DNA of 64,000 bases from NCBI GenBank assembly GCA_951406725.2, contig OX597821.1, positions 31,930,001 through 31,994,000 on the forward strand, given 5' to 3'. The notes beneath the pieces are model-generated. The model was not told where the DNA came from and ran no database searches. It saw nothing but the letters and a program-made list of their open reading frames with translations. Within the stretch, counting starts at the first letter, position 1, and the number at the start of each line of letters is the position of its first letter. The position numbers and the translations under genes are program-made. Of this stretch, positions 13,513-28,063 are shown piece by piece. The DNA comes from Octopus vulgaris (Eukaryota).

Positions 13513-15036
13513 TTTTTTTTTTCTTCTTTCAAATTTTCTTCCATTTCTTGCCGAGTGTCTTCCCGACTCCTAGGGCAAAGAAACTCATAGTGAATATTGG
13601 TAGGCCATTAAACCAAACTCAGTAGTTCGTTCATTTTTTTTATTTTTTATTTTTTAAAGTTAAATTAAAATACATGAGCAGCAACAGTTCTCACATCGAC
13701 AATGCTCTTCTCAATACGTGTGATGTACCAGTTAAGACAATCTTTTGCACTTCTTGCAGGGATGGTAAGCCAGGGATCATTCTCATATAATTTTCGGTTC
13801 CCTTCTTGATCATTCCTAGTGCTCCTACGATCACTGGTATTGTAACCGCCTTGAGATGCCACATTTTCTCAATTTCAATGAGTAGGTCATTATATTTTCT
13901 GAGCTTGTCAAACTCTTTCGCTGAGATATTATCATCACAGGGGATGCTCATGTCGATCAATAAGCAAACTTTATTGTTTTGGTCTTTCACAACAATATCT
14001 GGTTTATTGGCCTTGATGGTTCGGTCTGTATGTACTGGAAAGTCCCACAGAATGGTTACATTTTCTCCTTCAGTTACAGCCTCAGGGTGGTGATTATACC
14101 ACTTGTCGGCAGTTTTGATATTGTAATGCCGACTTATTAGCCAGTGGAGATATTGGCCAACTCTGTCATGTCTTAATTTATACTCCACTGGTGCTAAGAC
14201 TTTACATCCAGAGATTAGGTGGTCCACTGTTTCAATCATGTCATTGCAGAATCGGCATTTTGGGTCTGCTCCATTTTTCATCACATTGGCCTGGTAGTTC
14301 CGGGTTAATAGGCTTTGGTCTTGAGCAGTCAGGATGAAACCTTCGCTCTCTGCTTTTAGCCCTGAGCTCCGCAGCCACTGATGGGTTTGCTTCTGGTCAA
14401 CATCAGCTTGTTTGCTGCGGGTCACATATTTGCCGTGCAGGGGTTTCTCCTCCCACCTATCAGTCAATTGCTCGTGCGCTTTTTTCATTGCCATCATTTT
14501 CACCTTCTTTGCAACAATAGTTGCCGTACTTCCCTCGGGTTGTTCAGTTTGGGTATCCTGCACGAGATCAATAGCAAATTTTTTGCTTTCCTTGATGATA
14601 GAATGAATCTTCTTTCGTCTCTCGTGATTTTCCATGAGCTTTAGCATCCAGTGATTCGATATTTCGATATATTTGGCCAGTCCAATTGTGGTTGTTTTGT
14701 AAGCTAGTTCAAATTGGATCAGGCCTCGACCTCCTTGGGCTCTGGGAAGGTAAAGGCGATCTACGTCTGCTTTTGGGTGGTGCATTCTATTACAACTCAG
14801 CAGCTTGCGTATTTTTCTATCTATATTCTTTACTTCACTCATATTCCAGTTCAACACATTGTAGCTATAAGTAACAACTGGAACTGCTAAGGAATTTATA
14901 GCTAACACCTTGTTACGTGCATTTAGTTCAGATTTCAGGACTGCACGAACTCTCCTATAACATTCCTTCCTGATTTTCTCTTTCATGCTTGCATGCTGAA
15001 TACCAGAGCCTTCATTTATCCCTAAATATTTGTATA

Positions 15037-15038
<2 letters not shown>
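13512..15038 (-). mobile_element. Young 5'-truncated R4/Dong-like LINE, subfamily 1; open ORF 15038 to 13691 (RT C-terminus, CCHC finger, restriction-like endonuclease)
   Basis: Uninterrupted ~450 aa with YKYLG, CRFC..ETVDHLISGC, RHDRVG and KPDIVVKD..LLIDMSIP..KLRKY; both ends lie in (TAA)n. Confidence 0.95.
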
Positions 15039-15133
<95 letters not shown>

Positions 15134-15224
15134 GTTATTATTATTATTAGTCTTACTATTATTATTGTTATTATTATTATTATTATTATTATCATTATTG
15201 TTATTATTATTACTGTTATTATTG

Positions 15225-15273
<49 letters not shown>

Positions 15274-15288
15274 CATTATTATTATTAT

Positions 15289-15423
15289 TCCTTCGTAACA
15301 CACACAGTGTAGGCAAAAAGGCACCATAGACTTTGGTCATCTGTCGAGTCACAACAAGGTCCTCAGACAGATAATACTTTCCTTAAGATGGGTGCTGTAC
15401 CCAATAATTCTGCTTTTTGCAAT
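15289..15423 (-). mobile_element. Short 3' end of another R4/Dong-like subfamily
   Basis: Minus-strand LQKAELLGTAPILRKVLSV* plus a short 3' UTR, between TTA runs. Confidence 0.75.
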
Positions 15424-15439
15424 TATTATTATTATTATT

Positions 15440-15979
15440 GAGTGAGAGAGTTGTGCATGCCATCAAAGTGACACTGGGGTAATATATTCGAAGCCCAGTT
15501 TACACATCATAACTACCCGTCTGATAAGGAAACACTGGGCACATGCATCACAACCATGTGCGCGTCATGGTGATCTCATGTCAAGATAAACAGCACATGA
15601 CCTTGCAAGTGGGGCCCAGTTAGAATTTTCTTCTGGCCGAGTAACCCATGCCGCTCAAAAGTTCGCTGAATAAAGGCTGTTTAAGGATGTAGAACGAAAC
15701 ACACAGGTTTCAAAATGTGAGTTATTCAAACCCCAAAGAATCCTTATGATGCTACCCCTCTGCTTCTGTTCATGATCAGAGATACACATATCGTCAGCCA
15801 CTAAGGGATATGATCAACTGCTTAAGGTTAAAAAACTGACACGCAAATCTGTGGTATCGAGCAGAATATTTGCTGTAGTCCATCTTTTATACCAAAACAA
15901 AACAAAGTACATGATAATACTTCCAATCAGTTAAGATCAGAAGCCACGAGAACCACTGCCTGGTACTGCATCAGAGCAT
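15440..15979. mobile_element. Second full copy of the ~550 bp non-coding element
   Basis: Colinear with 10884-11440 and flanked by (TTA)n. Confidence 0.85.
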
Positions 15980-15987
15980 TATTATTA

Positions 15988-16069
<82 letters not shown>

Positions 16070-16109
16070 CATCCTCACCATCATCATCATCATCACCATC
16101 AGCACCACC

Positions 16110-16159
<50 letters not shown>

Positions 16160-16165
16160 TATTAT

Positions 16166-16340
16166 TCTATGTCTGACTTTGGGTTTATTTTTGTACAAGT
16201 TGGCTCCAAGTCTCACCCAGAGACCTCAAGAGACAACTGGTTGGAAGTTCACATTGTTGTTATGCCTAGTGTGCCATATATATATATATTTTTTCTTCTT
16301 TTTGGTGTTGTACTAGTGAATGTCTAATAAATAAATTTAA
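16166..16340 (-). mobile_element. Probable 3' UTR remnant of a further TAA-associated LINE
   Basis: Minus strand reads ...gaggtctctgggtgagacttggagcc...cagacatagaataataat, ending in the microsatellite; no coding evidence. Confidence 0.4.
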
Positions 16341-16771
16341 AAAAGAATTTTTTTTTAAGTGTTGCAGACCTGTCATTATCATTGCCGATCATATACTTAG
16401 TATTTTATCACATTTCTAAGCCGAAGAATGCGTTATTATTCATTTCTTTTTCTCTACTTGCTGATCTACAAATTTACAGGTAAGTCAATCTATTATTTTT
16501 ATCAATATCACTATGAAAATACATTCTTTTATCAAAATGTTTCATTAATTTTCTTTTTAAGAACATTTTTCATGTTAACTGTTTTAGTTTTCCTTATAAT
16601 GACTGGAATTTAGGAGGGAAAATTTGCCTCTGATACATCGAAGCCAAGTCATACTTTTACTGAGAGAGTCTTTTTCAAAATAAAACCAACCTATCATACA
16701 GCTACAAAAACACACATTTTAGATATTTGTACACCTATATACATATACAACACACACATAAATACGCACAC

Positions 16772-16810
<39 letters not shown>

Positions 16811-16848
16811 ATACATATACGCACATACACACATATGTATATATGTAT

Positions 16849-16904
<56 letters not shown>

Positions 16905-17219
16905 ATATATATATCCATATATATATATATTTATACATAAACTTAAAATATTCACATCAGAAATTATTATCATGAATGTAAATCATAAAACATTCTTCAT
17001 AGTGTTCACTAAACTCTTTCACATCACACATGCACAGACGTATACGTGTGTTAGAGCATCTGTGCGTGTGTGTGTATTCATATACAGATGTATACATAGT
17101 AAAGATGTATATTGGGATATAAATACATATATATATACAGATTCACATATGTCTGTATGTATTCATACATTTAAACATACACGGACACAGAGATATATGG
17201 ACACACACACACACACACA

Positions 17220-17259
<40 letters not shown>

Positions 17260-19762
17260 AGTAAACGTTATACATAGCAGCTTCCTCAGTAGATATCAAA
17301 CAGTGTATATTATTTCCTATACAATTTTGATATATTAACAGGCACGACTTTAAACTGTTACAATTTTTTTTTGTCTGAGTTGTAAAAAAAATTTATTACG
17401 AGAGCTTTTACATATGTATATTGAATAGATTGAGTTATATATATTTTTTCATTAATTTTATATTCCTCAACATCAAAGGGAGGAAATATTTTAAAATCAA
17501 ATTTAGAATTTCAATACATGGCATAACTTGTTTTCCTGCATTTCATGCATGTAGTCTCCTTTTGCTCTTACGTCAGTAATAATTACGTGTCGAAAATATG
17601 ATATTAAACTATAGAAGTATGATGTTTCCCTTTATATATTATTTGGTCACTAATACTGTAACTAGGTGACATAAAATTTATATTATCTTCCCTTTTGATA
17701 GTTTCAAATATCTCTATCTATCTATCTGGCAATGAATATTTTTCAAAGACATAAATAAATATTCACTATCATATGTGGGTGTGTGTGAGTGCGTGTAAAT
17801 TTATATACGTAAATATAAATATATGTCCACAAATATAAAGCTATAGGGAAAGTTAGTGAGAAACGGATAGAGACAGGGACACGACAGACACACGTGTATG
17901 TCTGTGCTTGTGTGTGTATGTGTGCATATACGCATGAAGTATACGAAAAAAGACAAAGAATTTAACCGAAAGGATATGTTCCATAGCATGAACGGACATA
18001 AAATAATTTACAGTAATGTACCAGATGGCATGAGCATATAGAATTATATAGATATATTTGACAATGCTTTTTATTTTAGATTATACTAATTACTCGATGC
18101 CCAAACACTTCGAACATATTTCAACGTAAGGCTCTTGCTGCGTTGATTGATGAAAGCGGAATTGAGATGTATGCATGCATGTATGTATGTGGGCATGTAT
18201 GTATCTGTTTGTACGTATGTAGGTGTGTATATATGTAAATAATTTATGTGCGTTTAGCTCTTGTATTGATCGAGGAGGAAAACCGAATTGACGAATCCAT
18301 GAGGTGCATGATATATCCATCTCTCTGTATGTATGTATGAATGTATGTATGTATGTGTGTATGTGTGTATGTATGCGTGTATGTAAACAAGATATGTGTA
18401 TCCATTGTTAACTTGTACTCGCAGATTCAAACAGCAAATGAAATTATTATTCTGTTGTTGACTTCCATTCGGAGAAAGATAAGAAACTCACAAATTCCAT
18501 TGGGTATTAGGGAATTATTGGGGCACTGTCATCTCAGTCTGCGCATATGTCGCTGTTCATAACCGGGGTTACATCGCCGAGATCTGTTTTCCTTTCGTCC
18601 TTCAATGTTGATAAAGTAAAAGCAAAGATCACATGCTGTGTTCGATAAAGTCGATTATATCCTAAATTGTGACATGTCAGTAATGCAATAAAGTACTATC
18701 ATTAAATAAGTGAGGCACAGCAATTTGTTCATTTTCCTATTATTAGGCTGATATTATTCAATTACATCTTCTTAAGCTCCTAATGTCAAACTACAGCTGC
18801 CACAATTGATATTTTATCCTTTTCAATCAGAAAAAATATGCATGTGAAGACGCAAACTTATTATACTCTGTTCACTACTAAAATATATGTCATGCAGTCA
18901 ACATAGTTTTCTTGGTACAATTGCTAATAAAATCTCTTACTAATTCTAAAGTAAATTCTACATTGAGAAGTCGGTTATAAGACTGTTTTAATCTCGTATT
19001 CGTATAGGCCATTCATCACCTACCTATGCAGCAACAGCACCTTGAATGGATCCTTCATTTTCCTCCAGGGACACTATTAATTTTATTCTTGTCAACTTTG
19101 CTAAGTTTTACGTTTTATTTTTATCATGTATATTTCCACAACTTCTTCATATTCACAGATATGTGAATATGAAAACTCACAGACTACCATAAGCAAACAA
19201 ATTGTATCTGTTTACCAACTTTCACTCAAACGTTGTACCATAGCTGAAGCGGATGTTCCTTCTATGCAGTGGAATAATATTTTACCAATTAACTTCTGGC
19301 CAGTTAATGGCCTCTACGTGAATTCTGCGAATGTAAACATTTTAGAGGTTCCTCGTTTGTGTGTATGTGTGTGTGATTTTGTGTGTGAAAGTGTGTGTTT
19401 CTGCATCTGTTTTACTCCCTACGGTTTTAAACGATAGAATATGTACTAGACTTAGAGTAATTTCTGAGATCGACTTCCTTGAATAAATCTTCAAAATACT
19501 GCTGCAGTATTGTTGCAGTCCAATTAGTGAAACATGTATAATACTAAAATAGTAAAAACAAACATTACTACTCTACTAGTGAATCAATTGTATTATGTAC
19601 AGCGGATAAAACGATACTCCTCGACTTTAGATTTCTTAAGTGACGATACTAAAGCTGACCGAGTAAAACAAAAGAAATTACAATAGAATAGAATTGAATA
19701 GAATATAAATTAAAAGTTACGAAAAGGAAATTATATTATAATACCACGAGTGTCTTAAATTA

Positions 19763-20963
19763 TTAGGTCGTCAAGTATGAAATTTGTAGTAAGGCATTTG
19801 GTATAGTTTGGTTCATTTTGCGCCATTATTATATTTTAACAATCTGACACATCTATTCCTTTATTCTAACTAATTTTGCGCTTTATAAAGTATCTATAAA
19901 TTGTTTTGTTTAGAGATGGATAAGTCGGAAATTCGTACGGTTTTGAAATATGAATTCTTTCTTGGAAATACAGCATCACAGACAGCTTGCAATATTAATG
20001 GAGTATTTCATTCTAATGTTATTACACAGCAGACAGTATCAAATTGATTTGCAAAATCTCCCTCTGGTAACTTCTACCTCACAAAGGAGTAACACGGTCG
20101 ACAAGAAACAAAAGTTGATAATGACGAACTGAAAGCCACTGTAGAGTCAGATCCATCTCAAAGATCCCGTGAATTATTGTTCTTTGGTGATAACAAGCAA
20201 ACAATATTGGCTCACCTAGTTCAAATCAGTAAAGTGAAAATGTTGGACAAGTGGGTTCCATATGAACTAAATGGAAATCAGAAACAGCAACGATTGGAAG
20301 CTTGCATTATGCTAATTTATTGATACAGAAATGAATAACTTTTGCATCGGATTGTAATATGTAATCAGAAATGGATCCAATACAACAACCGTAAACGTTC
20401 AGCACGATGGGTGGTCAAACATATTCCAAAAATCAAAATTCATCAAAACAAGCTGGTGCAGGTGTGATCTATTATGATTTCATTAAACCTGGCTCATCAT
20501 TCAGGGCCGAAGCATACTGCAGCCAACTGGACCAAATGATACAGAAACTTCCAAAAACAGTCTAGATTAGTCAACAGATCAACTCCTATTTTGTTGCAAG
20601 ACAACGCCGGATCACAAAAAAATGTCTTTGTCGAAACTACAGGATTTGGAATTGCAAGTTCTCCATCATCCATCATACTCACCTGATCTTGCTCCCACTG
20701 GCTACCGCTTCTTCCTGAATTTGAATAACGTTTTGTTAGGAAACAAATTTAATTCCGGTAATGCTGTAAAACAGATCTTGCAAGATTTTATTGACTCTAG
20801 ATTGCCAGGCTTTTACATTTCCGGTCTGCACAAGCTACCGCTGAAATGGCAGAAGTGTATTGACAATATGAATGCATACTTTGATGAATAAACTATTCTT
20901 TGTATTTATAAAACATTAGCAAATGCTTTTCCTTTTTTACAAATTTCATAATTGACGACCTAA
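19763..20963 (+). mobile_element. Near full-length decayed mariner (cecropia-like)
   Basis: TIRs ttaggtcgtcaagtatgaaatttgta / tacaaatttcataattgacgacctaa with TA on both sides. Transposase from ATG 19916: MDKSEIRTVLKYEF, KWVPYEL, QDNA and YSPDLAPTGY, stop at 20891. Confidence 0.95.
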
Positions 20964-23761
20964 TATAATGTGTACGTAAGTTATTACTAACACTCTGTTC
21001 CTATGACTTTCACAGACTGCATTGTCAGCTAAATGTCCAGAATGGAATTCTCGGTACTTTGATGCATCTCTTGGAAAAAATATTGCCTCGTTCTGAATTA
21101 AATATTTATGAAAATTATACTTTATATGTTTTGGCAGCTGTCTGAAATTCCTCAGTGTAAAGAAACATTAGAAAAACTCTTTTCGTAATTCTATCGTCGT
21201 TAATATGTTTTCTATAAATTTAATCAAACATTATGCACAATGAATAACATTGCAAAGCATTGTCACTATCACATTTTGTATAAACAGTAGGTAACAATTT
21301 GAATATGTATAATGTATTATATAACAATGGAAAATTTATATGTCATTGTTCACAGACATGTTTTGCAAACAACTTGCACATGTAAGTTCTACTAGTTGAA
21401 CGTTCTGTATACAGGAAGCCAGCAAGTTTATGGGGTCATCAGGAGAAAATTCCCCACTTTCTTTCTATCGCACCACGTTATAATATCCTATTTTTTCGTA
21501 ACTAGGATAGGATGGAATCCTGGTTACCTTTGTAAATCTGCAGCCACCTCCCAATAGATGTTCTGCTCATTGGAAATTTCTCCTCCTTGAAACGGATCTG
21601 TTGTCCTGAGCGCATGAATGTAATGACATCTCTGGTTGTTTCTTCCAATGGATTTTTCCACTGTTAGTGAGGAATCTGGTTCTTTATAGCATTGAAGATG
21701 ACCGTAAGGACCAGGCTGTGTCTCCATGTATATCAATTCGATGCCAGTGGACAGTTGGAACGAATAAATTTCAGTGTTCCGACTTTTCCGCATATGCATA
21801 TATCATTTTCTGAGACGTTGCATCTTCGTAGATTTGTAGCGGGTGGCAAGACAATTCAAAATAATATGCTTTCAACATAAAATAATATGCCATAAACGGA
21901 TGCTGACCAATAAAACAATCTGGAAACACAACCTATACGCACTCGAAATCCCTCCAGTCCCACAATTCATAAATCAAACTAGAAATTGATTCAGAAAAAG
22001 ATACTGAGATTGGATTGGTCTCAATATGTCTCTCCACCAGAAATGGACATGAATCGTTAGCATTTCAAGTCTCTAATGCAAACAATATGCGACGAATCTC
22101 TCCCAGGGGACAAGGGCAACATAGAAAAAGAACAGGAATCTCAAGGAGAGTAAAATTCTCAAAATCTCAAAAGTAGTGCAAGATTGAGAATAGAGTACGG
22201 CGGTCCCACAAACAAAAGAGAGCATAAGACGTAGTCTGGCTTATGAATAAAAAAATTAACGTTTATAAATAATAAATGAACGTTAGATTAATGCCAAGGA
22301 TGAATTTCGGCATAGATTTGCTTAATCGGAACTGACTCAACTAATTTAATCTCGAATGTCCAAGGTAGTTGACAAATAATGTGTAGCTTTGTAAATATCA
22401 AAACATCACTTGACCATCATTCAATTAACTGTCATGAAATAAGTATTGACGAAAATTGAAACCTGTTTGAAGAATTTGACGCTCTTCAACTGCTTTTGTT
22501 CCAGGGATATCAGTCATTCTAATTTCCAATACAAAACTCAGAGGACAACAATATTCAATGCGTATCTCAAATCCAGTACTACTCCACATGTACAGGTTAC
22601 GATAGAATGAAACAAATTTTGAATGTTTTAGCTCTGTAAGTACCACAAATTATTTTAATACAAAGTTGCGTCAGTTCTGTCGGGAGATTTTAGTAAGAAA
22701 TTCAATTCCCTGGCTCTGTCTCTTTTGCTATCCAACCCGAGCCGTTACCTTTCCATACGTGCGATCTTTGTAAAATAAACACGAATCGTTATTACATGCA
22801 ATATAGATTAATAAATATTCTATATCGTGTAAGTTTATGACTCGGGACACTATACATGAATGGCTGAAAATGTTTTAAGTGTAAAAAAAAATATTAATAT
22901 GATTGCCTATTGTTTCGTTTTGTTTTCTAATTTTACGGTTCTCTGATGTATTATCAACTCGCTATTTCAGTAAATTTAAGACACTGTATCCCTTTAGATA
23001 CAATTATTGCTTATCGAACGTGAAACGATCTGGGCAAACAAATATTAATATGTACAAATATTTATTACATAGTAGAGGGAGTTTTGCTTATCATATGTAA
23101 CAATAGTTTTTTTATCAACCTTACACCTGAGATGTAACATAACTGATATTCAGTTCATTTTCGACTTTCACAATATATCAGAATTACCTGCCTTGCAGTT
23201 GGGCAGACGCCATTATCGAAATTCACCCGATGTTTCCCTGTTGGTATTCAATTCACTTTCAATTTTCGCACTTTTCATACATTCTACTATATTTTCCATA
23301 ACGCTGGTAAAATATCCACACATATATACATAAGTATATACATGTGTACACGCACACACACATATATATATATGCATATACATAAAAATGTATACACAGA
23401 TACATGCATACACACACAGACGGGCGCTTACACACAAACACACACACACATACACAGATACATAGATTATATCTTCAAGAAATTTTACCAACCATGTGTT
23501 TTTAACATATAATAATGCAATTGAAATCAGATTCAAATTTCTCCATTTTCACTTCAAGTAATCTTTACAAATGTTTTAATCGAGTCTGAGAAGGGGGTTG
23601 CTAATATCATATGTATGTAGTGACAAGATTTGTGAGAACTATATTCTTGCTAAATAATAGAAATAATACACACTTTTCCACAAAATTATAGTACTGTGTT
23701 CTCACGTAGTAAGGAAAGTTTAGTTAAAATATATCCCCTTTGTCATGTTATGATAAAAAGC

Positions 23762-23890
23762 CGGCGAGACAGCAGAATCGATAGCACCTGGATAGAATGC
23801 TTAGCGGCATTTCACCCGTCTTTACGTTCTGAATTCATATTCCGCCGGGATCGACTTTGCCTTTTATCACTTTCGGGATCGATAAAATAA
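23762..23890 (+). mobile_element. SINE family A, 5' part
   Basis: ggcgagacagcagaatcgatagcac...cgactttgccttttatcactttcgggatcgataaaataa. Confidence 0.8.
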
Positions 23891-25139
23891 TTATTGAGGT
23901 AAAGTCAAGCGTTATGAGGCTATGACGATTTCCTCTTGTTTGTAAAGTAAGTGTCACGTTATATTCCATATGTATTTATTGATCTTTAAAGAGTGGTCTG
24001 CGCTTTACGAAAAGCGGTGATTGGGTAAAGTGTAGAAAATGGTGCGTGAAATACAATACGACCAGTACTACTATTTGATTCCACTCCGTTTCCGTTCTTT
24101 GAACATAACTCGAAAAAGATGTCCGTATTCCTTTTCATTCTTTTGCAGTCAATAAAATATCAGTAATATATTGCGTCATATCAATAAATTGCCCCTGGCT
24201 TTGTTCCCAAAGTAAATCAATATAAAGTTTCAAAGCCTTTTAACGATACATATATTCAATTGAATAACGGACTGGAACTCTGATGTATCTGATCCATTAT
24301 GAATCAGCAGCAAGCCGTTAATTCTATTTTGCACATCCTAAGATCAATATTTATTTAGTAAACTGCAACAGATCAGAGATGTTCAATCAATGTGCAATGA
24401 GACAACGTCAATATAACTTTAACATTATTAACACATACATCCAGTAACTGTCAACATAAAACGAGTTTAATCTCAATATTTATTGAATGAATGTCAATCG
24501 AGCTCAGACGTTAAACTAATATACTATAGGGAAAAGTCAAATATAATTCAATAATTTAAATCAATATGTATTTCGGGAAAATCAGTATGTACAGTTAGTA
24601 TAGCGATATTAATCGAAATATACTTAGTAAATATCAATAAGCTACAGAGACCGGTAATAAATGTAGCCTAGATTCTCTTCGGTTTCATTCTACCCGAATA
24701 TCACACAGATACTAATAATATCATTATAGACGCTAAAAAGATGCGAAGTATAATTTGTCAACATCGGCTTATAATTAATAGTAATTTATCGTAGATGTCT
24801 TGCATTGCTTGGTTATTTATTAAAAACTGTTACTTATTTCTCAATCAAAGAGAGATCCAAATATTCTGATTTCAATTTGGCTGTGCTTAATATTCCTTGG
24901 TATCCCGTTGGTGGTGAAAAATTCTTAATATGCTTAAAAGTGAATAATTCAAATGATTTTAAGTTTTGCCCCTCTCTAAGGAAGACGAATTCTATTCTTC
25001 AGGGAAAGTGGTTCCGTGACACAAAATTTATGTGCCGAACGACATTTCTTTCGAGTTTCTATATACATGTGTGTATGCATGTGTGCGTGGATGTGTGTGT
25101 GTGTGTGTGTATGTGTGTGTGTGTGTGCGTGTGTGTGTT

Positions 25140-25320
25140 TGTCTGTGTTTGTTGATGTATGAATGTATTTATGTGTTTCCACCACAGCTTGACGATCGGT
25201 GTCACTTTGTTTACCTCCTAGAAACGTAGCAGTTCGCGAAAAGGGTCAACAGAATAAGTGCCAGGTTTTAAAAAAATAAATGCTGGGTCGATTCATACAA
25301 CTTCATGGAGGTGCACAATC
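25140..25320 (+). mobile_element. SINE family B, degenerate 3' half
   Basis: ccaccacagcttgacgatcggtg...cagaataagtgccagg...gggtcgattc matches 41570-41720 and follows a (TG)n tract. Confidence 0.7.
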
Positions 25321-26710
25321 ATGTGGGTGCACCATATTGTGTTCAGTTAGATATACGATTACTTGTATACAGTTAAAGATCCACGTAGAGTATTGTTCCT
25401 CAGTCGACTTCCAGTATCGACGGTATGGAAGTTAGTCGACAACTGTATTTAACAGTGTTACTAGTCATAATATACAGGGCATTTATAGAGCAGACAATTA
25501 TTTAAAACGCGAGTATAAATACAGAGCACCAACGTACATTTCAGCATTGCAGTTAAGTAGAACTCAGCTTTGGGTTTTCCAAGTGCATTTCGATGCCTAA
25601 CTACAATGGATCATGTACGTAAATGCATATATATATATATATATATATGAGTAGTTGAATGAATTATCTTATTAAGGATAATTCGAAAGATAACCGATAC
25701 CTGGGTAGCAAATTCACATCAGAAAGAACACGGTTGAAGCTACGTCCCTAGGGCATAGACTACGTGTCTTCGTGTGGAAGACTCCATTCTTTCATATACT
25801 TATAATTTTAAAATATATATATATATATTTACATACTTATAAAAGAAAGCATAGATATGTAAAATTAGATTATTTGAGAACCAATAATGAGATTAACACA
25901 GACCAGGTCGCAATATAATGCGCAGCATAAAAATTTGTGTGCATTGTATCTAAAGTTAGTCATTTACATTGTATTGTACACTCATTTTGTAATAATCAGT
26001 GGAGTCTTGCGACATAGAAGTTGGAAAAATAGTTTTGAATTTGATAGTGTTCTACATTAGATATAACCTCATTAACATGGTATAACAGAAGAATTAACAG
26101 CACGAAAAGTGAAAGAGTTCAACAGTCAGTATCAGGTAACATTTCAATTGCATAAGAGGAGTACACAACAAACAATTTTGTATGTCGATGCTGTTTATGT
26201 TTCTTTAAATAAATTAATGAAAAACTTAAACTTCGAAGTACAAAATAGTCTAGTAAATATCAGAGAAATTATCTACAAATTGGGATTACTTAATTCGAAG
26301 AGATGCTGAAAATAATCAACCGAAGTGTCTTCCAATTGTATAGCCTATATACAACAATATAGGTAGCTCATTTTACAAATTACTCCTTTAGACATGTGAT
26401 GCCAGAAAGATTAACTTCAAATTTATTTTGGCACGAACCGGCTACTTATCTATAATAAATCTATTTAGAAGTGATTTGAGATACTACAGGCTCAATGCAA
26501 AGACTGAATTTATTCGCAAACTCTAAGAATATTTTATCTGTCTATTTGTCTATGTATCTTTCTGTCTGTCTTTCTACCAATCCATCCATCCATCCATCCA
26601 TCCATCTATCTATATATCTATCTATATACATATATGTGTATGTAAGTATGTATATATGTATATATACATATATGTGAATGTATGTGTGTATGTATGTATA
26701 TGGAATACCT

Positions 26711-26750
<40 letters not shown>

Positions 26751-27672
26751 TCATATATATATGTGTGTGTGTGCGTGTGTGTGTGTGTGTGTGCGTGTGT
26801 GTGTGTATGAGTGCATCAAGTTAACATTTAGTGTGTGTATACATATCCAATTCCTGAAAAACGTGCATTAGGACACACGAATAAAAGATATATATGTATA
26901 ACTGGTTTCGCGCGCACAGATAGACGTACACATATACGCACGAACAAACATTCACCACACTTATGGGTCATGTATACATAAGCACACGCATGATATAGCA
27001 AAAAACACTAAATTCGAAGTACAGATATAATTGTAGAGTATTAATACTTAATTAACCAAGACTGATTATTAACATATTCAATTGTTCTATTGATTAGAAC
27101 TTATCACACACGAAAAGCATACGTTGAGATAGTATTCACCCATTTAAATTGTATCATAGTTATTTAAGCTATAGCATTAAAGATTATAGGATTTAAAATA
27201 TTTACGATTACGTAAGTTGTTTATAGAAACAATGCGCTACAAGTACACAGAGAATTAAACAAATATTTAATAATTAACTAAATAAGGTAAGATAAAGTAA
27301 AAAGGCGAAAATAAGGTTAAATGAGGTACAAGAAATAGAACCGTGGGTAAATTCAAGGGACTACATTTAGAAGAAACTTGATCATATGCTAGTCGGTAAA
27401 AAACAGTAAACTTATAGGGACGATTAACGGTACAAAATGGATATTATATTAACTAATGTGAACTATTTATTAAGTAGTTTTTGTATTAAGGATTAAAGAT
27501 ATTCCGCAATCAAACAGCGTATACATCAATATTGCTTAAGGGTAGGGCTAAACTTCTGAGCGATTTAATATAATCGGCCTCGTCTGTGATAAATTAATTA
27601 GAGTAAATTAAGGTAGAAACAGGAGAAATCTCGGAAAAATTTAGAGGTTATAGTATCCAATGAGGAGACATA

Positions 27673-28063
27673 TGATCTTTTAGGTTTGAACGGCAGATTT
27701 TAACATAATTTCTAGGAAACTAAACAATGTTACACTTCGTATACTGGTAGAATGTGTTTATAAAACATCTTTTTCTCTTGGCTGTATTGAGAAAATTCTA
27801 TACTTTGTAAGATATTCGTTGTTTTTTTCTTCAATTTCTGCAATTTCAACCAATCAGTGACGTCTATTGATGTAAAAAAAACATTCTGTGCCGTGTGAAT
27901 ATGTCCCTCGTTTAAAAAACAGATTGGGTTTATTTGTGAAGAAGAAAAGATACCCTAACCCTAAAATAGATTGAAAGGCAATAGATCGATACTAGGGTCA
28001 TAATTATGGGTGAAAGTTTCATGACACCGCTAGAAAAAACTGCCGTTCAAACCAAAAAGATCC
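27673..28063. mobile_element. MITE with ~28 bp TIRs and an 8-bp TSD; internal CCCTAA repeats
   Basis: TIRs gatcttttaggtttgaacggcag / ctgccgttcaaaccaaaaagatcc; flanks gagacata / gaggcata; a second copy lies in the opposite orientation at 56969-57419. Confidence 0.9.

Noticed and set aside
15039-15352. Poly-Asn N-terminal extension of the 553 aa ORF
   Set aside because: It is in-frame read-through of the (TAA)n target and an unrelated LINE 3' end, not part of the protein.
21430-22650. Possible CR1/L2-type LINE debris (LRLDWSQY on plus; RIEYCCPL on minus)
   Set aside because: Only isolated short motifs on opposite strands; too decayed to call.
25649-25700. Hairpin gaattatctt/aggataattc followed by GAAA
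   Set aside because: No CUGANGA-type core upstream and no stem I, so it is not a hammerhead.
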